64,000 nt of DNA, taken from Leucoraja ocellata (lineage: Eukaryota). The DNA is taken from positions 2,418,001 to 2,482,000 of the forward strand of contig JAWMAR010000152.1 of the NCBI GenBank assembly GCA_036785375.1. The letters are read 5' to 3'. Positions 49,286 through 61,494 of the stretch are shown here, one piece after another. Each line of letters starts with the position of its first letter. The stretch's first letter is position 1. Position numbers and translations under genes: made by a program. The notes below the pieces were generated by a model. The model was not told the origin of the DNA. It worked only from the letters and a program-made list of their open reading frames with translations, and did not search any database.

Positions 49286-49487
49286 CAGCTGCTCCTCGAC
49301 CCACGATGGGGTTATGTTCCGATAACCCCACCGTAGATCGAAAATATCGTAAGTGGAAAACGCATTTAATACAATTTGATCACGTGACTGGCAGTGAGCT
49401 GCGGCTCGCTGCCGTTGACCAGTGTTTGCACCATCGTAAAGTCGAAATATCTTTTACGTCGAAGCATCGTAAATCGGGGAGCTCCTG
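49286..49487. mobile_element. Tc1/mariner Tigger-type MITE (MER47/Tigger5-like)
   Basis: TA|CAGCTGCTCCTCGACCCACGATGG ... CATCGTAAATCGGGGAGCTCCTG|TA: imperfect TIRs and TA TSD. Inserted in a LINE UTR fragment. Confidence 0.75.
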
Positions 49488-50587
49488 TATCGATACATGA
49501 TAAGGGAAGTAACGATTAATGCAAGGTAAAGCCAGCATAGTCCGGTCAAGGATAGTCCGTTGGACATCAAAAAGGTAGATAGTGGTTCAGCACTGCTCTC
49601 TGGTTGTGGTAGGATGGTTCAGTTGCCTGATAACAGCTGTCTCTCCCTCCTAACCCCATTCTCCTGCCTTCCCCCCCATAATTTCTAACACCTGTACTAA
49701 TTAAGAATTTTTCTCACCACCTGCTTTGTTCTTCTCGCCCTTCTCCCTGCAGGAAGATACAACAGGGAGAGCAGTTAGAGTGACTGAAAGTTGAATGTGT
49801 ATCCACAGAAGTTAAGACAAGTGGGGGAGAGGTAGAGGATTGAGGGTGGCATTGAGTAAATGGATTCAGTTCTGGTTGAAATCACTTAGAGAATGCCAGG
49901 TATGAAATGGCCTTTACACGGGAACACGAGTCTTGGAATATAACAGCAAGTGAAATGAGAAGCACTCTGTTCCATGAGCTGACTGTGATATTTGGATGCT
50001 TACTTTGAGCAATGTTGCAAAACCAATTAATTCCTACCTTTAACCTCCAAGTAGTTTAAGGCAACTTACTTGGAACAACGCTCAAGAATTTGCAGAGTGA
50101 GCAGCTTTGGAGGGGAGCCCAGGCAGACGGAAAGGAAGGCTGCAAAGAACCCTGGTTCTTTGAGTGTGTGGACTGGTTCAGTGATGTTCTGCAATGCTTC
50201 TGCTAAAAATATTTCAGATCTATAAACACATGGCACTGGCTTCACTCAGTGTGTTGGCAGCTGCTACATCTGACAGGAGCTTGTGTAAACTGTGTGCTGG
50301 TTATTAACTCAAGATATACTGCAGAGGCATATTTGACTAGAGTGGTCTTAACGGTCACCAGGCCACAAGGGAAGGACTTGCTTTAGTGATGGATGCCGTT
50401 TTCTGCTTCTCTGTCCATGGATGGTCCTGCTCCCAAGCCTCTCCCAACTCCTGGTCATTCACTGTGTTCCCCAGCTGAGCCTCTGTTGTGTTGCTACTAA
50501 TGTTCTGATCACAATGAAGATTGTTTGGTGCTCTATCCTGCCTGCCTTTGGGCTATCCGAGTCCGACTGTTTTTTCAGCAAACACGA

Positions 50588-50800
50588 TCTGGGTGCTACG
50601 GGTGCTGTCTGTGTGTGGAGTTTGTATGTTCTTTCTCCCACACTCCAAAGATGTGCAGGTTTGTAGGTTAATTGGCTTTTGTAAATTGTAAATTCTCCCT
50701 AGTGTGTAGGTTAGTGATAGTGTACGGTGTGATCACTGGTCGACGTGGAAACGGTGCCGAAGGGCCTGTTTCCACACTGTATCTCTAAAGTCTGGTCTAA
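50588..50800 (+). mobile_element. HE1/V-SINE-type SINE, truncated
   Basis: acgggtgctgtctgtgtggagtttg...gaagggcctgtttccacactgtatctctaaa. Confidence 0.75.
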
Positions 50801-51054
50801 ATCCCAATACTCCATTTGCCTTTCTCTCTTTTGCGACCCTCTGCATCTCTTTGAGTGAGGTTACTGACAGAAAGACAGCACTCCAATATTCCAAACCATT
50901 TTTTAAATCTTACCCCCCTGACTAAAACCATGCAGGCACTAACTGCAGCCGTTCCTCGGGTGATGTTTGGAAAACGTTTTCCAAAGTAAAATTTTGTAAA
51001 TCAAAAAGACTAAGCAAAATTTGTTACTTGTATGTTTTTGGTACAAAGTACAGT

Positions 51055-51182
51055 CTAGTTTAGTTTAGAGATACAGCGCGGAAACGGGCCCTTCGGCCCA
51101 CTGAGTCCGCGTTCCCCGCACATTAACACATTTACCAAGCCAATTAACCTACAAACCTGTACGTCTTTGGAGTGTGGGAGAA
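51055..51182 (-). mobile_element. HE1/V-SINE 3' fragment
   Basis: tagtttagtttagagatacagcgcggaaac... Confidence 0.7.
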
Positions 51183-51597
51183 ATCCATGGTCCCAGGAAG
51201 CCGATGCTTCCGACTCCTTTCCCTGACCGGAGAGCAGACAGGCACAGGTGGAGTGGCGGATCACAAATGCCGACATCCTGGGATGGGATGGGAGATTCGT
51301 GATCCAATGACCTAACGGCACGCCCAGTAGCAATGCCCAGCTAGTCTTTGTGAACACTGGTATTCAGAGCCATGATTGCAATGCCCTTAGCTCCCACGTC
51401 AACATACATTAGATTACATCTGTCATAGCTTAGATGGATGTTAAGAATGATCAGGCACAGTATGTCTGGGTCAAAATTAAACTTGCTGGTGTCTGTGGAT
51501 TATGAGTAGGGAGGCAATGGACTATCTTGGGGGGAAAAAAAGATATGCGATGGGTTTGTTTATGGGCTCACCGAATGGATAGAAGATTGAACAGTAT

Positions 51598-51845
51598 TCT
51601 CCAGGAACAGGCCCTTCGGCCCATAATGTCCGTGCTGAACATGATGCCAAGATAAATGAATCTCATCTGCCTGCACATGATCCATATCCCTTCATTCTCT
51701 GCATATCTAGAAGCCTCTGAAACGTCACTGTCGTATCTGCCTCCTCCAATACCCCTGGCAGCGTGTTCCAGGCACCCACCACCCTCGGCGTGTCAAAGAA
51801 AACTTGCTGCGCAAATCCCCTTTAAACATTGTCCCTCTCACCTTA
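51598..51845 (-). mobile_element. CR1/HER1-type LINE 3' end
   Basis: Same family as 3171-3525. Confidence 0.7.
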
Positions 51846-52777
51846 GTCTTTCGAGTGGGAACATATTCAAAGGCTCGCAGTAAATTTATAGCAGGTGTGG
51901 CTAACAGTTGTCAGAAGCCACAAAGGAAAAAGGATTTGGGAGTGACCATTAATCCCGATCTGACGGCATCTTGTTGCTGTGCAGCGGTTATTAATAACCA
52001 CTTTGTAAGGGCCCAAGGATGTGATAAGGGCAGTGGGCCAGAAGTCAGAAGGTGAGGTTCTGAGAATCGACAGTATTCAGTATGGCACCAACATTGGCTG
52101 TTGTATGAGAGACCAGGATGATCATCGTTCTTGGTCTGTGTTACGTAAAATGAGTGCAGTGAGCGGGGTGCACTTTCATTGAGGGACTGGGGCGGGGGCA
52201 GGATAGTGGTGGTTTGTTCCACTGGGAGGGAGGGGGGGGGGTGATGATGTTGAATTTTAAATAAAGTCTTCAGTAAGGTTGAAGTAAAAGCTTCCATCGG
52301 AAGCTGCTGGAAAGGTGGGCGTCAAGTCCGGTGATTCTCAACCATGTGGACGAGCTGCTGGTTGAGCCCTGGATGATACAGGTTAGCAGGGAGAATGCCA
52401 CCATGGCCTCACTTGGAGGGGAGGGATGCTGCCTCCTCATGCAGTGTTCAGCTTCTGTCCTGCTCTCTGTTTTCAAGAGAGAGTTGGATAGAGCTCTTGC
52501 TATAGTATCAAGGGACTTGGGGGGAAAAAGCCGCAATGGGGTACTGTTTGGGGATGATCAGCCATGATCATATTGAATGGCGGTGCTGGCTCGAAGGGCC
52601 GAATTGCCTACTCCTGCATCTATTTTCTATGTTCCTAAAACATCAAGAGGGTGATTGACCAACCTGGAAACTCCTCGGATTTGACCCTGAGTCCCAATAA
52701 TTTGCAACAACTACTGGGGTGACAATGATGTGTAGGCGAGATCACGAATGTCCTCCTTTCGTCTGCTAGTTCTTTTC

Positions 52778-52962
52778 GGTAGACAAGAGTGCTGGAGAAA
52801 CTCAGCGGGTGCAGCAGCATCTATGGAGCAAAGGAAATAGGCAACGTTTCGGGCCGAAACGTTGCCTATTTCCTTCGCTCCATAGATGCTGCTGCACCCG
52901 CTGAGTTTCTCCAGCACTTTTGCCTACCTTGGATTTTCCAGCATCTGCAGTTCCTTCTTAAA
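52778..52962. mobile_element. Fold-back Penelope-like pLTR insertion with 14-bp TSD
   Basis: Near-perfect palindrome 52778-52928 centred on tttcgggccgaaa. TSD tgctagttct(t/c)ttc at 52764-52777 and 52963-52976. Confidence 0.75.
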
Positions 52963-53107
52963 TGCTAGTTCTCTTCAGTGACTTTTCTGTGGCTGGCAGA
53001 CAAACCGCTACTGACCAGCCACCTTCTACTAAGGACCCCAGATACCTCGGCAGGAGAGTGAAGGACATCTCTTTCATGTGTCACCTATGTGGTCAATAAA
53101 TGCAGAA

Positions 53108-53445
53108 GAATGCAGGAAGATTGCTCCCGATGTTGGGGAAGTCCAGGACAAGGGGTCACAGCTTAAGGATAAGGGGGAAATCCTTTAAAACCGAGATGAG
53201 AAGAACATTTTTTCACACAGAGAGTGGTGAATATCTGGAACTCTCTGCCACAGAGGGTAGTCGAGGCCAGTTCATTGGCTATATTTAAGAGGGAGTTAGA
53301 TGTGGCTAAGGGGATCAGAGGATATGGAGCGAAGGCAGGTACGGGATACTGAGATGGATGATCAGCCATGATCATATTGAATGGCGGTGCAGGCTCGAAG
53401 GGCCGAATGGCCTCCTCCTGCACCTAATTTCTATGTTTCTATGTT
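53108..53445 (+). mobile_element. CR1/HER1-type LINE 3' end
   Basis: GKSRTRGHSLRIRGKSFKTEMRR and (tttctatg)n tail. Confidence 0.85.
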
Positions 53446-54065
53446 TTTAATGGACGTTGAAATGTCGACGCTACAGTGCACGCATTTTCCCTTTAAAGTC
53501 TCGGCTAAAGTTCCACACTTAAATTTAGCCAAGAAGCTGCACCTATGTTAACAATAGATATACACAAACTGACTCCACTGACGTTTTCATGAGGGAAACT
53601 TAATCTAACAATTAGTGTGAAGATTTGATTAGAGTGTCCGGCTAATATGTTGCTGACATGGATATTGAATTATTAATTCAATATCCACAAAAAGTAGGAG
53701 TTATTCCTGGAGCCTGTATTCATTTGTTGTTTTTTTTTTTTTAAATGTCTGTGTTTCTCTTGCCGCCGTGCCTCGAGAAGGGGCACCTTATCAGCCAGTT
53801 TCCTCCGCTTCCTTGTGTGCCAGGGTAATGGTTGTGTGGACAGAAGTGTTTTCTTGGCAGAGTGCAAGCTCTACCGAGGCGGAGAGGCCAAGCCTGCCGC
53901 TGCTCTCCAACGCTGGAGCGGCACAGCCGCCTTACAAACGCACTTTGTGCTGCTCCACACACAGACAGACCTTCAGTGTTCCACTTTGCTCCTTGTAGTG
54001 TGAGGAGGAAGGGAGAGAGAGAGAGGGAGGGAAAAGAAATTCCACCGAGCCTCGCAGACTGCAGA

Positions 54066-54110
54066 ATGTCGACCCTGCAGCAAGCCCCAAGAACAGAGGT
54101 TGTGCCTCAG
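54066..54110 (+). CDS. Candidate alternative first coding exon of tensin gene (MSTLQQAPRTEVVPQ)
   Basis: agaATG, 15 codons, then CAG|GTAACT donor in phase 0, followed by G-runs. Preceded by a CpG-richer, repeat-free promoter-like region at 53760-54065. Confidence 0.5.
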
Positions 54111-55049
54111 GTAACTGCTCTGTGGGAGGAGTGGGAGGAGGGGGGTGTGGGTGAGTTTAGGGTGGGGTTGGCTGTTTTTATTCCAAAAAAAATAAACCAA
54201 GGGCTTTGCTGCTGTGAGCTTGCGTCAGGACGGGAGATTGAGGAATTCTTAAAAGCTCTGTGACTTGTAAATGTGGCCCAAGAGAGCGAGTGCTTGGGAG
54301 TGTTTTAACTCTTTTGGACTGCTTTGTGAAGGGGAGCAAGGTTTATGTACTGACATGCTCGCATTCTGGAAGTGCATGCTTGCTGTTAATAGCAGTGCCT
54401 GACAGGATGCTTTGGAAATTCTTCTGCACGACGAAAGCAGTGTCCTGGTGAAACCGACTCTCATGGTAATTCCACAGACTTAATCTTGACTCTGTTGCAG
54501 TTGTGCTGTTTGTAAAATTGCTGCTTTTTCTCTGTTCGATGGGACATCTCGGTGAGGCGGGTCTGTGAAGAGGGATAGCAGCTCTAAGGCTGCAAGGGAT
54601 TAATCATTAAACTAGGTGAGCGAGGTAGAAGTGTTTAGTTTGTTTTGCTGTGTTTTCTGTCAGCATGCCAGTGGTAGATGGAACATGAGGCACATAGGAA
54701 TTGACATCAAATCTCCCCATGGCCTACTGGGGAATTGTCCCTCTGACTCGAGGGTTCGGTGACAAAAGTGGGACCTGGGGGTTGATCCGACAGAAGCGGG
54801 GATCTTGCCGTGAAGCAAATGTAAATGTGTGCAAGTGGCATGCTTGTCATCGAGCTGTGGGCATGAGGGCACAGAGGAGGTTTCCTTTCCTTGGGTTTGA
54901 AGGGTTGGGGATATGAGGATGCATCCAACTTGTAAATGTCACCTTCCTTGCCGGTGTGAAAGCAGGACACCCACTACCTGTTGCAATGTGTTTTGCTAAT
55001 GATACCAATGTGGCAGCATCTGGCTTCTGTGGGCACTAGAGTATTAAAA

Positions 55050-55262
55050 AAAACACAAAAGTACTGGAAGAATCCGGCAGGTAGGCAGCATCTGTGGAAG
55101 GCAAAGGACAGACGACGGGGTGGGTCATTTCTGACTGAAGAAGGATGCTGACCCAAAACGTCGTCTGTCCATTTTCCTCCACAGATGCTGCCTGACCCGC
55201 CGGGTTCCTCCAGCACTTTGCGTTTTGCTCCAGATCGCAGCACCTGCAGTTCCTTGTGTCCC
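55050..55262. mobile_element. Penelope-like pLTR, inverted arrangement
   Basis: ggcagcatctgtgga..gacagacgacg / ctgaagaagg..aaacgtcgtctgtcc..cacagatgctgcc. Confidence 0.6.
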
Positions 55263-56289
55263 GTGGGCACTAATTGTTTGCTCGTGCTCTGCCTACTTGC
55301 TGCCCTTTTCCACCCTGTACTGGGATGATGGAACTGGCGATTGATTTCCCAGGCGGCTATAAAAGCCCTGCGGTCCTCGTTGAAGAACCATGAACGGCCT
55401 GGAAAGAGGTGAGGGGGGAGGGAGGGGGGGAATGGAGGCTATAGGTGGCTGGGCTTGGCTATCAGTAGTGATTTTGCCGATCTCTGGGTTTAAAACAATC
55501 GATCCTGTCCTTATGAAATCTTTTTCAAGCCCTCTCCTGGCTTCATAGTTTTTTTGTTGTTGAAGGGTATTACTGTTGTCTTAGTTATAAAAGGGCCTCT
55601 CTCACTCTGAATGGGCGAGGTCCTCTTTAAGCCACTACAGTGCCTTCATTATATCACTGGGATGGAAACTGTTACTGTAGCCTTGACATGAGACCTGTTA
55701 CACAATGTGGGCATTTTTTTCCCCCTGAAATTCCCTCTGATTTATTGCCGTAGGGCACCTTTGTAAAGAATGGGTGGATTTTTCAGTACATTAAATGCAT
55801 TAGTCATAAATGTATGACATACTGCCAAAAATCACGTAATAGGCCCTATTGAAATCGAAGCTGGGATGATTTCTTCTTCTTTCATGGAAAAGTAAATCCT
55901 TCTCATTAACCCTTTCCTTGGCGCAGACCTCTGTTCAACAGGCTGACGCTCCATGCAATGCACAGGGGGCTGTTGAGATCAACCAAACCCCATGTTCCAT
56001 CTCTCGGGCCTGTGATGGGCCCAATAGTTTCTTTCTCGGGGAAGATTGTATACAGTTCAGAAGTAGCTGAGATCTCGGGAAGAGAAGGAAGCCAGTGGGA
56101 TGTGTGTGTTTAACTGCCCTTTGCGAACAGATTGCTCGGAGGTCAGGGCACCAAGCCACGGTTGTGGCTGACAGAATTTCTCTTTGTTGCAACTCAAGGT
56201 TTCTCCATGTGGTCCCAACACGGTCCTTGTATTTCACTGATCAAGACAAGTTATACCGCTAATGCTTTTATGTTCGATTCATGGAGGAA

Positions 56290-56445
56290 TCTGCAAGAAA
56301 TGCTGGAGTAACTTAACGGGACAGGCAGCTGGGGAGAAGGAATGGGTGACGATTTGGGTCGAGACCCTTCTTCAGAAACGTCACCCATTCCTTCTCTACA
56401 GTGATGCTGCTTGTCCCGCTGAGTTGCTCCAGTATTTTGTGTCAA
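56290..56445. mobile_element. Penelope-like pLTR, inverted arrangement
   Basis: aggaatgggtgacg..gggtcgagacccttcttcag / gaaacgtcacccattcct. Confidence 0.6.
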
Positions 56446-58685
56446 GCAGGGAGAGTGTGTAGCAGGAGCAGGACCTACTATAGTGGCCATTATGAAAATG
56501 CAGGACTTGATACTAGTACAGCAGGGACTTTGAAAGCTGAGGGAAGGAATGAAGGCGGTTTAGTCCACATCTGGTCTGTCTTTTAGCCAAGGGGACAGTC
56601 TTACTCAATTCACTAAAATTGCCTTTTGTTGTCTGTTTATTGTGGACCAGGACCCCTGGAGGTTAAGGATGTTCTGCAGCAATCTCTGCTTGCCGCAAAG
56701 TGGCAGCAGATTCGGAGAAGTGAACTTTGCGGATTAGCTCGGAGGCCTTTTCGGGGCAAGAATTGGCCTTCATGTTCTGTACCAGCGCTGCCCTGTTGCT
56801 GCTGTGCGTGAGGGACAGTGGATATGTGCGTTAATGAGACCTCTGCATCTGCCAGCAACATCTGGCTGTAAAGGCCCCATGGGTGATCAGGCAACAGCTG
56901 CTGACACCATTCACTCTGAGAGGGTCAAAGGAGGACCAGGTGCTTAAGGCCCTCTACCAGAGGAAGCCTTAAGGGGAAAGGAGAGTGTCGGAACTGAAAT
57001 CTTCCCACATAAATTTGGACTTGAAAACAACAAGCAGTCACAATATCCAAGTGACTGCATTTTATAACATTAGGGCCAAGATGCTGGGTGTACCTTGTGA
57101 TTTGATGCTGTCTTATGTTACCAGGGCAGGCAGTAGCCCTTGCTCCCGACATCCAAAAAGCTTTTATTTAACGTACGATCAATCCATGTTTCCAATTGTT
57201 TCATGCCTTTCATGGGTGAAGGGATGTTGAGTGTGAGGCAGATCGCAAACACAGTGAGCTGTGGCCATCCCTGATGATGACGTTTTCAGCCTCCCCACCC
57301 CATTCCTGTTTCCTTCAATGAACGTGACAGGAGGCAAGGCTGCAAAGCCTTGTTCTGTTCTGAATTTGCAATGTGAATTATTATGTGGAGCATTGCGGGC
57401 CTTTAATGGGTCGACTTTGCTTATATAGGGGTTTTTTTGGCTTCAAGGGTGGGTTATAGAGTCCGAGTTAGGGCGCTGAAGGCTCTTTGCCAGGGTGCTG
57501 GCTCTTGTTTCCATCGGCTGGCATAGGAGGGTCAGTTTTCCAGATAACCTAGTCTTCACGCACGGATGGCAAACACGCAGTCTTTGTGTGGGCTTGAGTT
57601 GGGGTGAAGTGTGTTGGAAGACTGTTGGAACACTGCAGGGAGCCTGGAGTTACGAGAGGGTGAACATGAGCAGATGAGTCTGACCCTGTTCATTCCTTGC
57701 TCTCGCAAGCCTGCACGTTCCTGCAGTCGTTAGTTTGATTTCAGGAGCAGCAGCATTTTGAAACCGCCCCTTATTGTTTGCTCCTCTCACTCCCTTTGCC
57801 CAGAGATCCACTAACTCTCACCCAGTACAGAACAATGGTTGACCCTGGCTCCCCACTGTTCTGTACATCCTGAAGGACTGCAGTGGTTCAAGCTCACCTC
57901 CGCCTTCTCAAGGGCAATTGGGAAAGAACAATAAATGCTGGCCTTGTAGCATTGAACGTGCCCTGAAAAATGAATAAAAACCGGCTTCCAAAGAATGGCA
58001 TTGAAACAACAGCATGAAACCCACTTTTCACGCAATGTCAAGCCTTCACTCTGAAGAATTCATTCTTTAAATTATTCTAAGACAGCCGTTCTGGAATCAA
58101 TGTGGCAGGGGCAGGCTGGCCTGTTGGCAGCGTGCCTGGCATTTTCTAGTGTGGGCGAGAATCTTGCCACCAATCTGTACTTCCCAAGTTTAGGCTGGGA
58201 CTTGCTCAAGTCATTGTACAAAATGTTTGTCCTCACGTGTGTACAATAGCAGGCAGGCTAACAGACCCTTTCCTGATGTGCATCTGCTTTCTGTCCATTC
58301 AGTCATGGCCTGCAAACAATTTCCTGTTCAGGAGGTGCTCAGCAAACCAAATTAATTGACTGTTCCCAAGAGGCAATAATAACCTACCCTGTACATCTGG
58401 GCATCCATCAGTGATGCTAAACTGTATCTTCCTATACTTTGCAGCATCTGTAAACCAGTTGAAATATTGAAACTGAGATTGGATTTATTTATGCTAATCT
58501 AGAGTCAGGCTCCACTTACGTGCAGTGTTGTGATGCAGTGGAGTCTGGTTTTCTTGAAGTTCCCTTCCTGTTTATTCAGGACATGACTATGAGGCTGGGC
58601 TGTACAGGAAAATGACAGTAAGTAAGAATTGTGGACAAAATCCACTTGTTTGGCAATAATTATTTTGATTCCCAACTTAGTGAAC

Positions 58686-59150
58686 CAGTCTGAAGAAGGG
58701 TCTCGACCCAAAACTTCACCCATTCCGTCTCTCCAGAGATGCTGCCTGTCTCGCTGAGTTACCCCAGCACGGTGGCGCAGCGGTAGAGTTGGTGCCTTCC
58801 AGCGCTTCCAGCGCCAGAGACCCGGGTTCGATCCTGACCTCTGGTGCTGTCTGTACTGAGTTTGTACATTCTCCCCGTGACCGCATGGGTTTTCTCCGAG
58901 ATTTTCGACTTCCTCCCACACTCCAAAGACGTATGGGTTGGTAGGTTAATTGGCTTGGTAAATTGTCCCTAGTGTGTGTAAGATAGTGTTAGTGTGCGGG
59001 GATCGCTGGTCGGTGCGGACTCGGTGGGCCGAAGGGCCTGTTTCCGCACTGTATCTCTAAACTAAACTAGTGTGTGAACGGGCGATCGCTGGTCGGTGCG
59101 GACACGGTGGGCTGAAGGGCCTGTTTCCACGCTGTATCTTTCAACTAAAC
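58686..59150 (+). mobile_element. pLTR fused to a full-length HE1/V-SINE with duplicated 3' end
   Basis: pLTR at 58686-58770 is joined at cagcac to the SINE head. A box TGGCGCAGCGG at 58773-58783, B box GGTTCGATCC at 58825-58834. The tail is repeated at 59068-59150. Confidence 0.75.
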
Positions 59151-59552
59151 TGTTTTGTGTATCTTTAATGAACCAAGAATTCGATCGGACCAGATTTGTT
59201 CTACGAGCAATGATTTGCTTTCCTGTTTCTCAGCAGTGTATTTTGCAGCTTGTGCTGCGTGCATCCAGGGTTAGATTCTGGGCACTCGCTCCCCAGATGG
59301 CAATTGAATGAAGAGCCTTTGGGGTCATGGGCCATAAACAAGATGCACAAAACGATCTGTGCCATCAGGATCTGCAAGTTGCATTGCTCCTGCTTATCTA
59401 CCATCCTTTTCAATCTTGACTGCGTCTCCAACCAGATCCACACTTCCAAATCTGTAGAAGGTTATCTTCCTCATTTATATTTTTCCCTCTGGAAAGTTTC
59501 TAGACTTGTCAATTGCTGGAAAAGGGTCATGGCGTCCATGCTTGGAATGTGA

Positions 59553-59750
59553 AGGAAGGAGCTGCAGATGTTGGTTTAAACCGAAGATGGACACAAAAAG
59601 CCGGAGTAAGCCAGCGGGTCAGACAACATCTCTGGAGAAAAGGAATAGGAATAGACTGAAGACGGGTCTCGACCCGAAACGTCACCTACTCCTTTTCTTC
59701 AGAGATGCTGTCTGACCCGCTGAGTTACTCCAGCATTTTGTGTCCATCTT
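59553..59750. mobile_element. Penelope-like pLTR, inverted arrangement
   Basis: gatggacacaaaa..cagcgggtcagaca / ctgaagacgggtctcgacccgaaacgtc..tgtctgacccgctg..ttttgtgtccatc. Confidence 0.65.
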
Positions 59751-60019
59751 TCATGCATTGTATGCTTCTTTAACCCTGGCCCTGTTCCATTGTTGATTGA
59801 ACTGAATGGGCAGCATGTCAGTGGACAGCCCTGACAGTCACCGTGCATGCTATAGGATGAAAGTACAATCAGCACCATGAAACAGCCTGGAGATGGGGAA
59901 CAAGAGCTGGTCCATGCAATCTTGTGCTTTCCATGTATAATTGCGCAACTCAGCAGCCAGTTCTGAGCTTGAGCCATGTCTTTTAATCAGAGATGAAGTA
60001 AGTTACTGGTTTGGTAGAG

Positions 60020-60235
60020 CCTAGTTTAGAGATACAGCATGGAAACAGGCCCTTCGGCCCACCGAGTCTGTGCCGACCAGCGATCACCCCGTACACTAGC
60101 ACTATCCTACACACTAGGATCAATTTACAGAAGCCAATCAACCTACAAACCTGCACGTTTTTGGAGTGTGGGAGGAAACCAGAGCACCCGGAGAAAACCC
60201 ACGCAGGCTCAGGCAGAACGTGCAAACTCCACAAA
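60020..60235 (-). mobile_element. HE1/V-SINE-type SINE
   Basis: Reverse complement of the SINE tail and V-domain. Confidence 0.75.
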
Positions 60236-60955
60236 GACCCTCTCAGTTCGAGGGAAAATTGTGCCTGGGAAATATCGGAGGGAATTGTGGACCAGAGGCG
60301 ACTACTGGACTTATTTTGATGTTTGATATGGGTCATTGTGAAATTTCTCATTTTCGTTTACCCCCTACCCAAATTTGGCGTGGCTTTTTAACCTCGTTTT
60401 GTCTCTCTCCGGAGGTCACATTACCTGACCTACATTTTCCCAGCATTTTTTGCTTTTATGCTGAATAAATGACCTTTGGGATTAGCCATGCTGGAGCAAA
60501 CTTGATGTTTTTGAATAACTGCTATTGATTTTTCATTCCAGGTTTATTTAATTACTTAGCAGGGTTTGAACTTGTGTCTGCAGGTCACTGGGCCAGACCT
60601 CTGGATGCTCGCCCAGTAATCTAATCACTGTGCCATACCCAGCCAAAAGAGACCTTTAGTATATTAATAGATGGCTGCATTCATCTGACCTCCCACCCAG
60701 CTGGTATTATAACTGAAGCTTTTGAACTGCTTTCTTTCATTTTACTTGTTACTTGGGTCTTGCTCTCTCGCTTGTGGGGAATGAGCAGGGAAATATTTTA
60801 CCAAGCATGATGGTGTCAGATCTACAGCTGTGAGCCAGCAACCTGTGTCACCTCCCTCCCCATCTCCCATTGAAGTAACGGATGGACCTGTGCCAACATT
60901 TGCCCCCAGTAATTCCACGAGTTAGGTTGAAAGGCGGTTGAATTAAAACTCTATC

Positions 60956-61052
60956 CAGTCTGACGAAGGGTTTCGACCTGAAACGTCGCCTATTTCCTTC
61001 GCTCCATGATGCCGCCTCACCCGCTGAGTTTCTCCAGCATTTTTGTCTACCT
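60956..61052 (+). mobile_element. Solo Penelope-like pLTR
   Basis: CTGACGA-A-GGGT-TTCG-ACCT-GAAACGTC core. Confidence 0.65.
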
Positions 61053-61107
61053 CTGCGAAGATTCACTTGGTTGATTGCTGGGCTGAAAGAGGTGGCTTAT
61101 TAAGGAA

Positions 61108-61320
61108 AGTTTAGTTTAGAGATACGGCGTGGAAACAGGCCCTTCGGCCCACCGAGTCCATGCCGACCACTACCCTGCACACATGAGGGACAAATTTACA
61201 TTAATACCAAGCCAATTAACTTACAACCGAAGATCTCGGAGAAAACCCACGCAGGTCACGGGGAGAACGTAAAACTCCCTACAGACAGCACCCGTAGTCA
61301 GGATGGAACCCGAGTCTCTA
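61108..61320 (-). mobile_element. HE1/V-SINE-type SINE
   Basis: agtttagtttagagatacggcgtggaaacaggcccttcggccc...cacccgtagtcagg. Confidence 0.75.
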
Positions 61321-61494
61321 CGACACCTTTGGTTGAGCAATTTGGGTCAATAATCATTGAGTTCAGAAGAATGAGAGTCAATCTTATTGAGGGGGATTCA
61401 TGTGGTGGATATTGAACAGCAATTTCACTGAGTGGGGGCATCTTAAATTAGGCGGGGATGAGGGGGGGGGGTAGGAAAATAGTGAAAATCCTGG

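Noticed and set aside
54568-54621. KRDSSSKAAR resembling the end of a human TNS2 first exon (RRDSSRAASR, from recall) and a nearby TAG|GTGAGC donor
   Set aside because: The frame is closed by stops on both sides, has no ATG and has no GT after the peptide. The match is short, low-complexity and likely chance; at most a non-coding exon.
55358-55414. TATAAAA followed by ATG and GAG|GTGAGG
   Set aside because: The ATG would coincide with the TSS, and the donor is phase 1, incompatible with the C1 exon. The similar isolated TATA at 39442 has no exon support.
58767-58840. tRNA gene
   Set aside because: The A/B boxes belong to a SINE head that continues into the V-domain and LINE-like tail; there is no complete cloverleaf.
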